A DNA stretch of 64,000 bases from sequence record OZ346212.1; one strand, 5' to 3'. The translations under genes and the position numbers were made by a program. Origin of the DNA: a phage. Numbering within the stretch: position 1 is the first letter of the stretch; every line of letters begins with the position of its first letter. Positions 63,718 to 64,000 of this stretch are shown piece by piece. A model generated the notes under the pieces. It did not search any database. It worked only from the letters and a program-made list of their open reading frames with translations, and was not told where the DNA came from.

Positions 63718-64000
63718 GAGTTGCCGCACTGTTTATTGCGTGCTTGTTATTATGTGGGTGTGCAACAAGCGTTGAGAGAGAATACAAGATTGACCCTCCG
63801 GATGTAGGAAGGTTGATTGTTAAACCCCCAGAAGGTGCCATGAAACCACCTGCTAAGGCTATGCCTTTGAAGAAAGGTGCGCCAGATGCAGTGAATTCTG
63901 GCATTATGAGGGATAATAATCTGTCTTGTAGCAATGATAGAGCTAAATTGATCATTTTGCAAGACTATATTAGAACACTGTTTCCAAAGGAGAGAGGTTA
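63714..64000 (+). CDS. putative o-spanin (Rz1-like lipoprotein), 3'-truncated by window end
   Basis: MRVAALFIACLLLCGCA lipoprotein signal with lipobox-like LCGC; proline-rich mature part (DPPDVGRLIVKPPEGAMKPPAKAMP). Confidence 0.55.
   Translation, partial: MRVAALFIACLLLCGCATSVEREYKIDPPDVGRLIVKPPEGAMKPPAKAMPLKKGAPDAVNSGIMRDNNLSCSNDRAKLIILQDYIRTLFPKERG

Noticed and set aside
1-64000. Assignment to T5-like phages (suggested by tRNAs, HNH genes, NrdAB/NrdDG, PhoH)
   Set aside because: Endolysin is lambda-R-like rather than the T5 peptidase type, the polymerase is T7 gp5-like, and ThyX and T4-like introns are present. Without a database search I leave the taxon unassigned.

Overview
The window reads as a contiguous segment of a virulent tailed dsDNA phage genome (enterobacterial-style sigma70 promoters and SD sites, AT-rich with a few GC-rich islands). 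It has three transcriptional blocks: (i) 1-19444 on the + strand, a family-A (T7-like) DNA polymerase gene interrupted by an HNH-bearing intron, followed by about 45 small early-type genes, each behind its own near-consensus TTGACA/TATAAT promoter, plus a 1.2-kb non-coding repeat island; (ii) 20437-58076 on the - strand, a nucleotide-metabolism and DNA-processing block (NrdA/NrdB, glutaredoxin, intron-split NrdD, NrdG, ThyX, PhoH, ClpP-like peptidase, two adenine methyltransferases, dNMP kinase, HAD phosphatase, exonucleases, EndoVII-like and RuvC-like nucleases, lambda-R-like lysozyme, ATP-dependent DNA ligase, Sir2-like protein, RNA-ligase-like protein) preceded by a long run of small genes including a diversified paralog family and a ribosome hibernation factor homolog; (iii) 58120-64000 on the + strand, a P-loop kinase and metallophosphoesterase, an HTH protein followed by four palindromic iterons and an AT-rich tract, GC-rich structured non-coding segments, a promoter-driven cluster of 7 tRNA genes, and a spanin pair. 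Most worth follow-up: the tandem paralog family with the embedded HPF gene (23129-31603), the TARG1-like macrodomain and zinc-less sirtuin, the RNA-repair-like cassette beside the tRNAs, the two group I introns sitting on catalytic motifs, the iteron/HTH locus with adjacent GC-rich RNA-like elements, and the Fur-box-like non-coding island. All functional calls rest on motifs I could recognise by eye and on gene context; no database search or folding was run, and coordinates of non-ORF features may be off by 1-2 nt.
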